The notes under the pieces were generated by a model. It was not told the DNA's origin. It searched no databases and saw only the letters and a program-made list of their open reading frames with translations. Positions 43,599 through 52,011 of a stretch of 64,000 bases of DNA are shown here, one piece after another. Source of the stretch: Bacteroidales bacterium (GTDB lineage Bacteria; Bacteroidota; Bacteroidia; Bacteroidales; UBA3663); NCBI GenBank assembly GCA_017548545.1, contig JAFYZW010000100.1:29008-93007 (forward strand), read 5' to 3'. The position numbers and the translations under genes were made by a program. Numbering within the stretch: the first letter of the stretch is position 1; the number at the start of each line of letters is the position of its first letter.

Positions 43599-44417
43599 AT
43601 GATAGCAAAGAATTTGGTCAAAAGGCTGATCTGCCCGACAGCAAATCTTAGCGAGACAAAGTTACGTGCAATGTTTGCCGACCGTTGGGTGGTGATTACC
43701 GGTGCTTCGCGCGGCATCGGCGAGGCTTTGACGTGCCGCCTTATAGATGCCCGTGCCAACCTTTTCCTCATCGCCCGAAGCGAGGAACGCCTAGAGGCTC
43801 TTTGCAACAAGGCACGCGAAGCGGGATGCAAGGCATCGTATTGTGCGATGGATCTGCGCGACCAGGATAAGCTGTACGAACTTTGCGAAACCCTGAAGCG
43901 CAGTTTGCCGCGTGTGGATTATCTCTTCTGCAATGCAGGAAAATCCATTCACCGCGACATTATCGATGCCACGAACCGGATGCATGATTACGACCGAACA
44001 ATCGACTTGAATTACCGTGCTCACATCGCACTTTCCTTGGCCTTAATTCCCAAGCTCAGCGAAAGCAAAGGGCACATCATCTATACATCCTCGGTCAGCA
44101 CCCTCTATCCTCCGGCACCTGGTTGGTCGGCTTACCATGCCTCGAAATGTGCAGCCAACACTTGGTTCGAAACGGCACGCGTGGAGTTGAAGAAGCAGAA
44201 TATCACCATTCAGATTGCCTACATGCCGCTTGTCCACACCGATATGTCGGAGGCAACCCCTGCCTATCGCGATCTCCCGGCCTTTACAGCTGACGAAGCT
44301 GCTGGCCAACTGCTCAAGCTGAGCATGACGAAGCGTTTCACCTACAAGCCCTGGTGGGCCCGCATCACTGCACCCTTGGCCACCCTTTTCTCACCCTTCG
44401 TCCGGCTGTTCTATTGA
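43599..44417 (+). CDS. SDR family oxidoreductase
   Basis: VVITGASRGIGEAL (TGxxxGxG), NAG, and YHASK (catalytic YxxxK). Start ambiguous: the ATG at 43599 lies 4 nt after the -7 box (possibly leaderless), and the alternative ATG at 43671 gives MFADRWVVITG. Confidence 0.8.
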   Translation: MIAKNLVKRLICPTANLSETKLRAMFADRWVVITGASRGIGEALTCRLIDARANLFLIARSEERLEALCNKAREAGCKASYCAMDLRDQDKLYELCETLKRSLPRVDYLFCNAGKSIHRDIIDATNRMHDYDRTIDLNYRAHIALSLALIPKLSESKGHIIYTSSVSTLYPPAPGWSAYHASKCAANTWFETARVELKKQNITIQIAYMPLVHTDMSEATPAYRDLPAFTADEAAGQLLKLSMTKRFTYKPWWARITAPLATLFSPFVRLFY

Positions 44418-44418
44418 C

Positions 44419-45936
44419 ATGCGAAGATCTCTACTGCATACACTCAAAGCATTACACATCATCACACCCCGTGGTATCGCCCGCTGGGTGCGATGCTTTG
44501 CCAATGAGGGGATTACTCTGATGGCGATGTTGAAGTTTTCGGCCACCTATTATCCCGAGCGTTGCGCATTGGTCTCCGACACGTTACGCCTCAATTACTG
44601 CCAGCTCTATCAATATGCAAGGCAGTTGGCTCATTTATTATCTAATGACTACGGTTTGCGCAAAGGGGATGTTGTGGGCGTGTTGTGCAGGAATCATGCA
44701 ATATCGCTGCTCCTCCTGCCAGCCTTGTCACGACTGGATGTGCATGTGCGCTTGCTTAACACCGACCTGGGCGAACAGCAGATCGAAGGACTTGTCCAAG
44801 ATGGCCAATACAAATTGCTCGTCTTTGACGAAGAGATACAGGAGAAATGCGTGCCCGCATGTCATCCTTGCCAGACCATCAGCTCCGAGACTTTGTTCAA
44901 CCAGATATTTGTAGAGCATAAGGATACCGACAATGACCTTCCCCGAATCATCCAAGGACCCGAAATCACGGTAATGACTGGTGGCACAAGCGGGAAATAT
45001 ACCGGAGCATCCCGACGTCCCTCAGTAACACAGTTTCTATGTCCCTTCTTCGCCCTGTTGAAGGATATCGGCATCGGGGAATATTCGAGTGTCTGTCTCG
45101 CCTTGCCTTTCTATCACGGCTTTGGCCTGACCTCACTGATTGTGTCGCTGCTGATGGGAAAGAAAATATGCCTGATGCGGCATTTTGAGGCCAAACAGGC
45201 ATTGAATATCATTCATGACGAAAAGGTGGAAGTCTTCCCCATCGTTCCTGTGTTATTGGCCAGAATCTGGCAACAAGACAATGCACGGGAGAACCTGAAG
45301 AGCCTGCGATGCATCATCAGCGGGGGAGACCGTCTCGATCGGAAACTGATCGAGGAAACGCAACGACAGTTGGGCAACGTGCTCTATAACCTGTATGGCA
45401 CTTCGGAAGCCGGCTTCGTGATGCTGGCCACACCCGAAGATCTGTCAAGACATGAAGAGACGACCTTGGGCAAACCAATTCGTGGTGTGAGATGTGCCGT
45501 CAGGGACAAAGATAAGGACGGAATTGGCACCCTATGGATTCGTTCCCGTTGGGCAATGACAGGCCTCTGCAACCGATGGCAAGATACTGGCGATCGCGTA
45601 TGGTGCGATGTCGAAGATTATTACTTCCATCGCGGACGGGCAGATCAGTTGGTAGTCTGTGGTGGAGAAAATGCCTATCCCGACAACGTAATGCGGGCAC
45701 TCAGCCTACATCCCGCCGTGGTGGCTTCGCACGTTTATGCAGTGCCTGACCACGAATTCGGGAATGTGCTGAATGCCCGGATTGAACTTCGCAAGGATGC
45801 TTCTCTGACGTCCTATGACATCGTCGAATGGCTCAGACCTCGAATCACGAGGGCCGAAATGCCACATGAGATCACCTTTGGCCCGATAGAAACGCTCTCG
45901 ACAGGAAAACAATCTATTTTTCTATCACGAACCTAA
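44419..45936 (+). CDS. AMP-binding (acyl-CoA synthetase / adenylate-forming) enzyme
   Basis: MTGGTSGKYTGASR (degenerate A3 motif), YGTSEAG (A5), DTGD, GRADQLVVCGGENAYP. Starts 1 nt after the SDR stop. Confidence 0.8.
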   Translation: MRRSLLHTLKALHIITPRGIARWVRCFANEGITLMAMLKFSATYYPERCALVSDTLRLNYCQLYQYARQLAHLLSNDYGLRKGDVVGVLCRNHAISLLLLPALSRLDVHVRLLNTDLGEQQIEGLVQDGQYKLLVFDEEIQEKCVPACHPCQTISSETLFNQIFVEHKDTDNDLPRIIQGPEITVMTGGTSGKYTGASRRPSVTQFLCPFFALLKDIGIGEYSSVCLALPFYHGFGLTSLIVSLLMGKKICLMRHFEAKQALNIIHDEKVEVFPIVPVLLARIWQQDNARENLKSLRCIISGGDRLDRKLIEETQRQLGNVLYNLYGTSEAGFVMLATPEDLSRHEETTLGKPIRGVRCAVRDKDKDGIGTLWIRSRWAMTGLCNRWQDTGDRVWCDVEDYYFHRGRADQLVVCGGENAYPDNVMRALSLHPAVVASHVYAVPDHEFGNVLNARIELRKDASLTSYDIVEWLRPRITRAEMPHEITFGPIETLSTGKQSIFLSRT

Positions 45937-46697
45937 ATCACGATGGGGATTTCGGGATCGAAACGATCCATATACTTCACCTTGAACAGATTGATACGGT
46001 GCAGACGATCGATCTTCGCCTTGGTGGCAGGATCTGGCTCAATGCCCTCACGAATATACTTGTCGAGGGTGGCATAGGTGAAGCCCAATTTCACTTCATC
46101 GGGCGAACTGTGCGGCAGTCCATCATCGGGAACCTTATCGACCCACTCCAATGGAAGACCCAGCACACGGCCTATCTGCAGAATCTCAGTCACTGTAAGG
46201 AACGACAGCGGGCTGAAGTCTCCTGCATTGTCACCATAACGCGTAGCGTAACCAATCCAATCCTCCGACAGATTACAAGTATTGACCACACGTCCGTTGT
46301 TGGTCTGCGCGATGGCGTAGAGCGTCACCATGCGGACACGTGGCGGAACATTCTGTGTAGTCTGTACGGTCCACGTATCGGCCACCGACTCATTCTCTTC
46401 CAGCTTGAGGCTGTTGACAGCGCTGGTGATAGCACCAATGGGAGCCACGCAATAACGTATGCCGATGTGACGTGAGATGCGATCGGCATCATTGATGGCC
46501 TGGCCGTTGTCAGGCATGGCTACGCCGATGACGCGATCCTTGCCGAGAGCCTCGGCACAAAGAGCAGCAGCTACCGTCGAATCTTTGCCACCCGACATGC
46601 CCAGCACAGCATTACAGCCTGGGCCATTCTGCTCAAACCAATCTCTAATCCACTGGATGACCTCTGCGGTCACTCTTTTTGCATCAAATTCTTTCAT
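45933..46697 (-). CDS. nadE: ammonia-dependent NAD(+) synthetase
   Basis: VLGMSGGKDSTVAAALC is the PP-loop SGGxDS motif. The length and the rest of the sequence fit NadE. Confidence 0.9.
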   Translation of the reverse strand: MKEFDAKRVTAEVIQWIRDWFEQNGPGCNAVLGMSGGKDSTVAAALCAEALGKDRVIGVAMPDNGQAINDADRISRHIGIRYCVAPIGAITSAVNSLKLEENESVADTWTVQTTQNVPPRVRMVTLYAIAQTNNGRVVNTCNLSEDWIGYATRYGDNAGDFSPLSFLTVTEILQIGRVLGLPLEWVDKVPDDGLPHSSPDEVKLGFTYATLDKYIREGIEPDPATKAKIDRLHRINLFKVKYMDRFDPEIPIVI

Positions 46698-46717
46698 AGT
46701 ATTTATCTATTTAAGAT

Positions 46718-46753
46718 TATAGTAACTATAGTGACTATAGGAACTATAAAAAT
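46718..46753. repeat. four copies of the 9-mer TATAGNNAC (spacer between the OMP gene and nadE)
   Basis: tatagtaac tatagtgac tataggaac tataaaaat. Lies 21-56 nt upstream of the nadE ATG on the minus strand. Confidence 0.85.
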
Positions 46754-46762
46754 CCATATCCC

Positions 46763-48484
46763 TTAGAACGTATAAGAGCAGCCGACAATCAAGCAACGGG
46801 AATTGGGTTTGGTCACCGTTGTCATATTGTAATCGGTATTGGTTAGGATCTGTTTCCTGTCGGGTTGCAGAATGTCCTGCACGAAAGCATACATAGCCCA
46901 CTGGCCGATCTGCTTCACGGCACGGAACGACCAATAGAAGTTCGACTGGTTATAGTAGTAACGATGCGTCTCGCGCCCCGTATAGAGCAGCACGGTGGCC
47001 AATGTCCAATCTTTGGGCAGCTGGAATTGGGGACGAGCCTTGAAACTGTATGACCAGGCATTGTCCGACGAAACGCTTTCGCCCTCATAGTCGAGATACT
47101 GGCAATGGAAGCCCATTGTCATCGAGAAAAGTCCATAACGCACTTCTCCCTCGGTGGCATAGCGCAGGTAGCTGTAGCGCGGATCGTTGATCCACGTCTT
47201 GACCGAGCGTTGTGTAGCCTCATCGTAGGACGAGATCTGTGAAATGTCGTCGGTGATGCGCTTATAGGCAAGGCTGTGGGTGAGTGTCCAATGCTCGCCC
47301 GAATAAGTGTAGCTACCCTTCACTTGGCTGTTCTTCGATGGGCCGAGGTTTGAGTTACCGACTACCATCACGCCGATGCTGCTGCCGATGTGTACGAAAG
47401 GATAGAGCTGCGTATAGGTGGGACGTGAGATGTTGCGGTCGAAACTCAGCACGAACTTGTTCTTCGCATTCATCTTCATGGTCGCCTTGGCTGAGAGCAT
47501 CCAGTCATTATAGGTCTTGTCATGACTGGCTGTCTGGTGGTCATCGATGTCGTTGATGAAGTTCTCGTATCGAAGCGTCGCATCGAGGGTGAGCCAGCCA
47601 TGGGAATAGTTGGCCGAGAAAGATGTCAACGAGGAGTAGGTGTTGAAGTCAAACTCGGTTGCCGTATCGGTGATGCGCATGTCCTCGATAGTGTATTTCT
47701 CCTCCACGCCAAACTTAAATCCATTCCACGACTTGGACTGGAAACGAATCATGGCGTAGGGATCGAAGTTGCGGAGCGTCTGGTTTTGCTCTCGCAACGA
47801 CGACTCGGAATGTGCAGCCCAGGTGTCCGACTCCACATCGGTAGGCTTGTAGTTGTATTTCAAGTTCAAGCGTGTCGTCAGTCGGCCCACATCGTCGAAG
47901 TCGCGGATATACTGCAGGAGGCCGCCCAACTTGAGGTCACGATTGGAACGACGCTGCTCTTCGTAGAACGACTCCTGCTCCGTTCCGTTGGCCTCGTGTC
48001 CGTTCTTGATGGTACTCTCTGACACGCGGTTGTGGTCGAAACTTTCAAGGAAGCCAATGGTGAAGATCTGTCCCTTGGTGGGCGCATAATCCAAACGGGT
48101 CGAAAAGTCCTGCTTCTCATATTTGGTCAGGATGTTCGAACTTGTGAGACGGTCGGCACCATTCACGAAGTCGGTGCTGACGTCCTTCTCGGTGTTCAGT
48201 TCACTGAAATCGACCGACAGCTGGCTCGTCAGGAGCAAGTTTTCCTTCAAATAGGTAACGTAGCCCGAAGGCATGGCACGACCATTGCTGCTGGCACCAA
48301 GGTAGGCACCGCCATAGACATGTGCCGAATCGGGCTTATGCTCCAGTTCCTCACCCACGTCGTAGGCATCCATGATGCGTTTGGCAATGCGTTGGAATTC
48401 GTCGGTATCCTGAGCACGCAAGGAGGCAACACCGACAAGGCTCACAACCCAAGCATAAAAGACAATTTTTCTTACTCTATTCAT
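46763..48484 (-). CDS. outer membrane beta-barrel family protein (plug-less TonB-receptor-like)
   Basis: Signal peptide MNRVRKIVFYAWVVSLVGVASLRAQD, alternating beta-strand pattern, and C-terminal ...VGCSYTF. Start trimmed to the ATG at 48484, with a -7 box 36 nt upstream. Confidence 0.7.
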   Translation of the reverse strand: MNRVRKIVFYAWVVSLVGVASLRAQDTDEFQRIAKRIMDAYDVGEELEHKPDSAHVYGGAYLGASSNGRAMPSGYVTYLKENLLLTSQLSVDFSELNTEKDVSTDFVNGADRLTSSNILTKYEKQDFSTRLDYAPTKGQIFTIGFLESFDHNRVSESTIKNGHEANGTEQESFYEEQRRSNRDLKLGGLLQYIRDFDDVGRLTTRLNLKYNYKPTDVESDTWAAHSESSLREQNQTLRNFDPYAMIRFQSKSWNGFKFGVEEKYTIEDMRITDTATEFDFNTYSSLTSFSANYSHGWLTLDATLRYENFINDIDDHQTASHDKTYNDWMLSAKATMKMNAKNKFVLSFDRNISRPTYTQLYPFVHIGSSIGVMVVGNSNLGPSKNSQVKGSYTYSGEHWTLTHSLAYKRITDDISQISSYDEATQRSVKTWINDPRYSYLRYATEGEVRYGLFSMTMGFHCQYLDYEGESVSSDNAWSYSFKARPQFQLPKDWTLATVLLYTGRETHRYYYNQSNFYWSFRAVKQIGQWAMYAFVQDILQPDRKQILTNTDYNMTTVTKPNSRCLIVGCSYTF

Positions 48485-48520
48485 AATTGTTATAGGCATA
48501 ATGATAAGTGTTCGATGCGG

Positions 48521-48528
48521 CAAAGATA
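48521..48528 (-). promoter_or_regulatory. -7 box TATCTTTG (OM beta-barrel / nadE unit)
   Basis: Exact match, 36 nt upstream of the ATG at 48484. Confidence 0.6.
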
Positions 48529-48633
48529 AGGTTTTTTGTCGGTATCTCCAAATTTTGGACGAACAGTTTGGACTTTTGTATCCAAATTATGACAAAATGG
48601 TCGAATAATTTTCCGACATATCGATTTTTCAAT

Positions 48634-48641
48634 TATCTTTG
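48634..48641 (+). promoter_or_regulatory. -7 box TATCTTTG (GH42 gene)
   Basis: Exact match, 56 nt upstream of the ATG at 48698. Confidence 0.6.
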
Positions 48642-48697
48642 CAGTGCAAAAAAACGAATTCTAACCCTTTAATCACCGGTATAGTCCGGTTTTATTT

Positions 48698-50764
48698 ATG
48701 AGAACCAAAACCATCGCCCTATCATTTCTGCTGGCAGTCACTGCATCTGCAATTGCCCAAAAGAAAACGTTCGACAAACCTCTCTATGGCGCTGCCTATT
48801 ACAGCGAGTACACCCCGACCGACCGCCTTGACGAGGACATCCGCCTGATGAAGGAGGCTGGCCTCACCGTGGTGCGTGTCGGCGAATCGACGTGGTCGCT
48901 CTTCGAGCCACAGGACGGACAGTTCGAATTCGCGTGGATGGATCGCATCCTCGACAAAATGCACGAAGCCGGCATCAAAGTCATCCTCGGCACACCGACC
49001 TACTCCATCCCGTCATGGCTGGCAGCAGAGCATCCCGAAGTGTTGTCGCACACCATCGATGACAGGCAGAGCTACTACGGCATACGTCAGAACATGGATC
49101 TCCTGAACCCCACCTACCGGCGCTATTGCGAACGCATCATCCGTGAGATGATGGAACACTTCGCGCAACATCCCGCCATCATCGGCTATCAAGTGGATAA
49201 TGAGGTGGAGGCACGTAATATCGACAATCTCGACTATTTCGAAGGCTTCCGTGACTACATCAAACAAGAGTTCAAGGGCGACCTTAAGGAGCTGAATCGC
49301 CGCTGGGGCCTCAACTACTGGGGCATGAACATCAACAAGTGGGAGGACTTCTACGACCGCAAGGGCGTGACCAACCCCTCGTACAAGGTATGGTGGGAGC
49401 GTTGGAACCGAAAAGTTACCGCCGACTTCCTCAACTGGCAGATTGATATCGTAAACGAATTCCGGCGACCCGACCAGTTCGTCACCCATTGTTTCATGCC
49501 CAGCTTCGCCAACATCGACCAGGTGGAAGCCTTCCGCCAGATGGAATACCCTGCCATCAACGTCTATTACAACATGCAGGACCAGCAGGATGGCGCTTGG
49601 ATTGGCTATGCATGCGACTATATGCGACCCATTTCGCGTCATCATAATTTCCTTATCACCGAGACCAATGCGCAAGGCACAGGATGGTCGAGCCGCGACC
49701 AATGGCCTCCCTACGATGGTCAATTGCGTCAAAACATGTATGCCTTCCTTTCGGGAGGCGCCAATATGGTGGAATACTGGCATTGGGCAACGCTCCACTA
49801 TGGACAGGAAACCTACTGGCGCGGAATCCTCGGACATGAAGGCACACCCAATCGCGTATATGCCGAATTCCGGCGGGGAGCTGCAGAGCTCGACAAGGTG
49901 GGCGACCATCTGGTGAACGCACAAAAGCAGAATCGTGTGGCCCTACTGTTCAGCCACGACTCGAAACATGCCCTCGACTTCATGCCATACACCAACCGCG
50001 ACCAGTACAAGGACTTCCTCCTCTACGATGCCCTCTATCGCCAAAACATCGAATGCGACATCCTGCCCGTGGACAAGCCCTCGATGCAGGACTTCTCGCA
50101 ATACGATATGCTGGTTATCCCCTCGCTCTATGTGGCCACTGACGAACTGCTGCAGAAGATCAGCGACTTCGTACATGAAGGCGGCGAGGTGGTAATGCTC
50201 TACAAGAGCGGATACACCGACTTCGACAACGCCGTGCGAACCAGTGTTGCTCCAGGGCCATTGGCCGAAGCCTGTGGATTCACCTATCAGGAATACTCCT
50301 CCATCAACCGGCTGCCACTTCGCCCCAATGACCTTGGTGCTGACGATAACACGGTCAGCACCTGGATGGAATTCCTGCAACTCACCACAGCTCAGCCTCT
50401 CGCAACCGTCGAACATCCCTTCTTCGGCAAGTGGCCATGCATCACCGAGAACAGCTACGGTAAAGGGCACCTCATCTACATCGGTACCCTCCCCAGCACC
50501 GAACTGCTGCAGAAGCTCCTCGCTCGCGCTGCCGATCGCAAGCAGATACTGACGAAAGAACGACAATACCAGTTCCCCGTCATCCTTCGTTCCGCCACCA
50601 ATCGTTTCGGCAAGAGAATTCACTACCTTTTCAACTATTCATACGAAACAAAGACCATCGCATATCCCTACCCCAACAGCCATTCCCTGCTCGACAACCA
50701 ATCACTCAAAACCAATGCACCAGTCACCATCGAGCCGTGGGGAGTAGTCATCGGGGAAGAGTGA
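48698..50764 (+). CDS. beta-galactosidase, glycoside hydrolase family 42
   Basis: YGAAYYSEYTPTDRLDEDIRLMKEAGLTVVRVGESTWSLFEPQDGQFEFAWMDRILDKMHEAGIKVILGTPT and GYQVDNE are the GH42 signature. Confidence 0.9.
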   Translation: MRTKTIALSFLLAVTASAIAQKKTFDKPLYGAAYYSEYTPTDRLDEDIRLMKEAGLTVVRVGESTWSLFEPQDGQFEFAWMDRILDKMHEAGIKVILGTPTYSIPSWLAAEHPEVLSHTIDDRQSYYGIRQNMDLLNPTYRRYCERIIREMMEHFAQHPAIIGYQVDNEVEARNIDNLDYFEGFRDYIKQEFKGDLKELNRRWGLNYWGMNINKWEDFYDRKGVTNPSYKVWWERWNRKVTADFLNWQIDIVNEFRRPDQFVTHCFMPSFANIDQVEAFRQMEYPAINVYYNMQDQQDGAWIGYACDYMRPISRHHNFLITETNAQGTGWSSRDQWPPYDGQLRQNMYAFLSGGANMVEYWHWATLHYGQETYWRGILGHEGTPNRVYAEFRRGAAELDKVGDHLVNAQKQNRVALLFSHDSKHALDFMPYTNRDQYKDFLLYDALYRQNIECDILPVDKPSMQDFSQYDMLVIPSLYVATDELLQKISDFVHEGGEVVMLYKSGYTDFDNAVRTSVAPGPLAEACGFTYQEYSSINRLPLRPNDLGADDNTVSTWMEFLQLTTAQPLATVEHPFFGKWPCITENSYGKGHLIYIGTLPSTELLQKLLARAADRKQILTKERQYQFPVILRSATNRFGKRIHYLFNYSYETKTIAYPYPNSHSLLDNQSLKTNAPVTIEPWGVVIGEE

Positions 50765-50831
50765 TTTGTTAAAAAAACTCAAATATTTGACATAATTTGG
50801 AAAATAATTTGGTTTATAAAATAAACTTCTT

Positions 50832-50839
50832 TATCTTTG
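50832..50839 (+). promoter_or_regulatory. -7 box TATCTTTG (membrane protein / wHTH pair)
   Basis: Exact match, 106 nt upstream of the ATG at 50946. Confidence 0.5.
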
Positions 50840-50945
50840 CAGCGTGATTCGAATCCAAATGGTCAAGATCAGGCTTTCTGCAGGAGTTTGGTGGAGACTA
50901 GAGAACAATAACAGATGTTCAACATTTAAATAAAAAAGGATTACA

Positions 50946-51635
50946 ATGGAAGAAAAGAACAATATGACTGCCGAGCGCAGTCTGGAAATCATCACGAAAC
51001 AGATCGAGCAAAGCCGCCAAGCTGTGGCCAAGGACACTGGAATATCGCTTTATGTAGCAGGTCTTTGCCTGATGGCTATGTCCCTCCTCATTGGATTATG
51101 TATCTTTTTCACAAACAATATGGCTTTCTACCTTTTATATATAGCTTCGCCAATACCAATCTACTTTGCCGACCGCTATGCCAAAAGGAACAAGCCAAAA
51201 GTACCAGCCAGTTTTGTTGGGACGATGGTAGATAAGACATGGCAGACATTCGGCATCTTCGCAGTCCTGTTCTTTGTGTTTGTCACTCTTTACAACCTAT
51301 TAATGGGACATACGGAAAGCCCTGATGTTTATATGCGTCTGATGATCCACCCTTTCCGTATCATACTTCTGCTCTTCGGCATGGCCATCACCATCAATGG
51401 CTATACACTCAAGAATCGCTGGATGGTGTGGTGCGGCATTATCGGTGGTCTCGGTGGCTTCATTTGGGAGTCGTTCTATGTGACGCAGACCATCGTGGGC
51501 AGGTTCTTCAGTTCTTACATCAGCGAAAACTACTGTGGAATTGTTAATGGTTTAATACCTGGCATCATCATCGCACTCCTCGCCTTCATTGGGATAATGC
51601 TCCCGGGAATGATGCTTAAAAAACAGAGCTTATGA
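50946..51635 (+). CDS. hypothetical integral membrane protein
   Basis: 229 aa with about 5-6 hydrophobic helices. Its stop overlaps the next start (ATGA). Confidence 0.6.
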   Translation: MEEKNNMTAERSLEIITKQIEQSRQAVAKDTGISLYVAGLCLMAMSLLIGLCIFFTNNMAFYLLYIASPIPIYFADRYAKRNKPKVPASFVGTMVDKTWQTFGIFAVLFFVFVTLYNLLMGHTESPDVYMRLMIHPFRIILLLFGMAITINGYTLKNRWMVWCGIIGGLGGFIWESFYVTQTIVGRFFSSYISENYCGIVNGLIPGIIIALLAFIGIMLPGMMLKKQSL

Positions 51636-51922
51636 TGTTCCCGACGTTAGACCCATTGCTGCACTCCGAGCTGCGACTGGCCATCATGTCGCTGCTCATC
51701 AGTGACGTAGAAGCCGAGTTCCCCTACATCAAGGAACAGACGGGCGCTACGGCAGGCAACCTGAGTGTGCAGATAGATAAGCTGTCGGCGGCAGATTATA
51801 TCAAAGTGGAGAAATCGTTCAAGGGAAAGAAACCATGTACCATCTGCCGCATCACCCCCACCGGCCTCAAGGCCTTCGAGGACTACGTAAAAGCCTTGAA
51901 GAGCTATCTTGATGTGAAATAG
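51632..51922 (+). CDS. winged-helix transcriptional regulator (HTH_34/PadR-like small wHTH)
   Basis: LDPLLHSELRLAIMSLLISDVEAEFPYIKEQTGATAGNLSVQIDKLSAADYIKVEK. Translationally coupled to the upstream membrane protein. Confidence 0.7.
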   Translation: MMFPTLDPLLHSELRLAIMSLLISDVEAEFPYIKEQTGATAGNLSVQIDKLSAADYIKVEKSFKGKKPCTICRITPTGLKAFEDYVKALKSYLDVK

Positions 51923-51944
51923 GATCAACCCTTATCATGTATTA

Positions 51945-51984
51945 CAACCACAGCTGCATGGAATCGTCCATGCAGCTGTGGTTG
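51945..51984. terminator. bidirectional hairpin between convergent genes (wHTH regulator / GH43)
   Basis: CAACCACAGCTGCATGGA-atcg-TCCATGCAGCTGTGGTTG, an 18-bp perfect stem. Confidence 0.8.
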
Positions 51985-52011
51985 ATATAGCAGAAAAAGC
52001 ATAGATATCAA

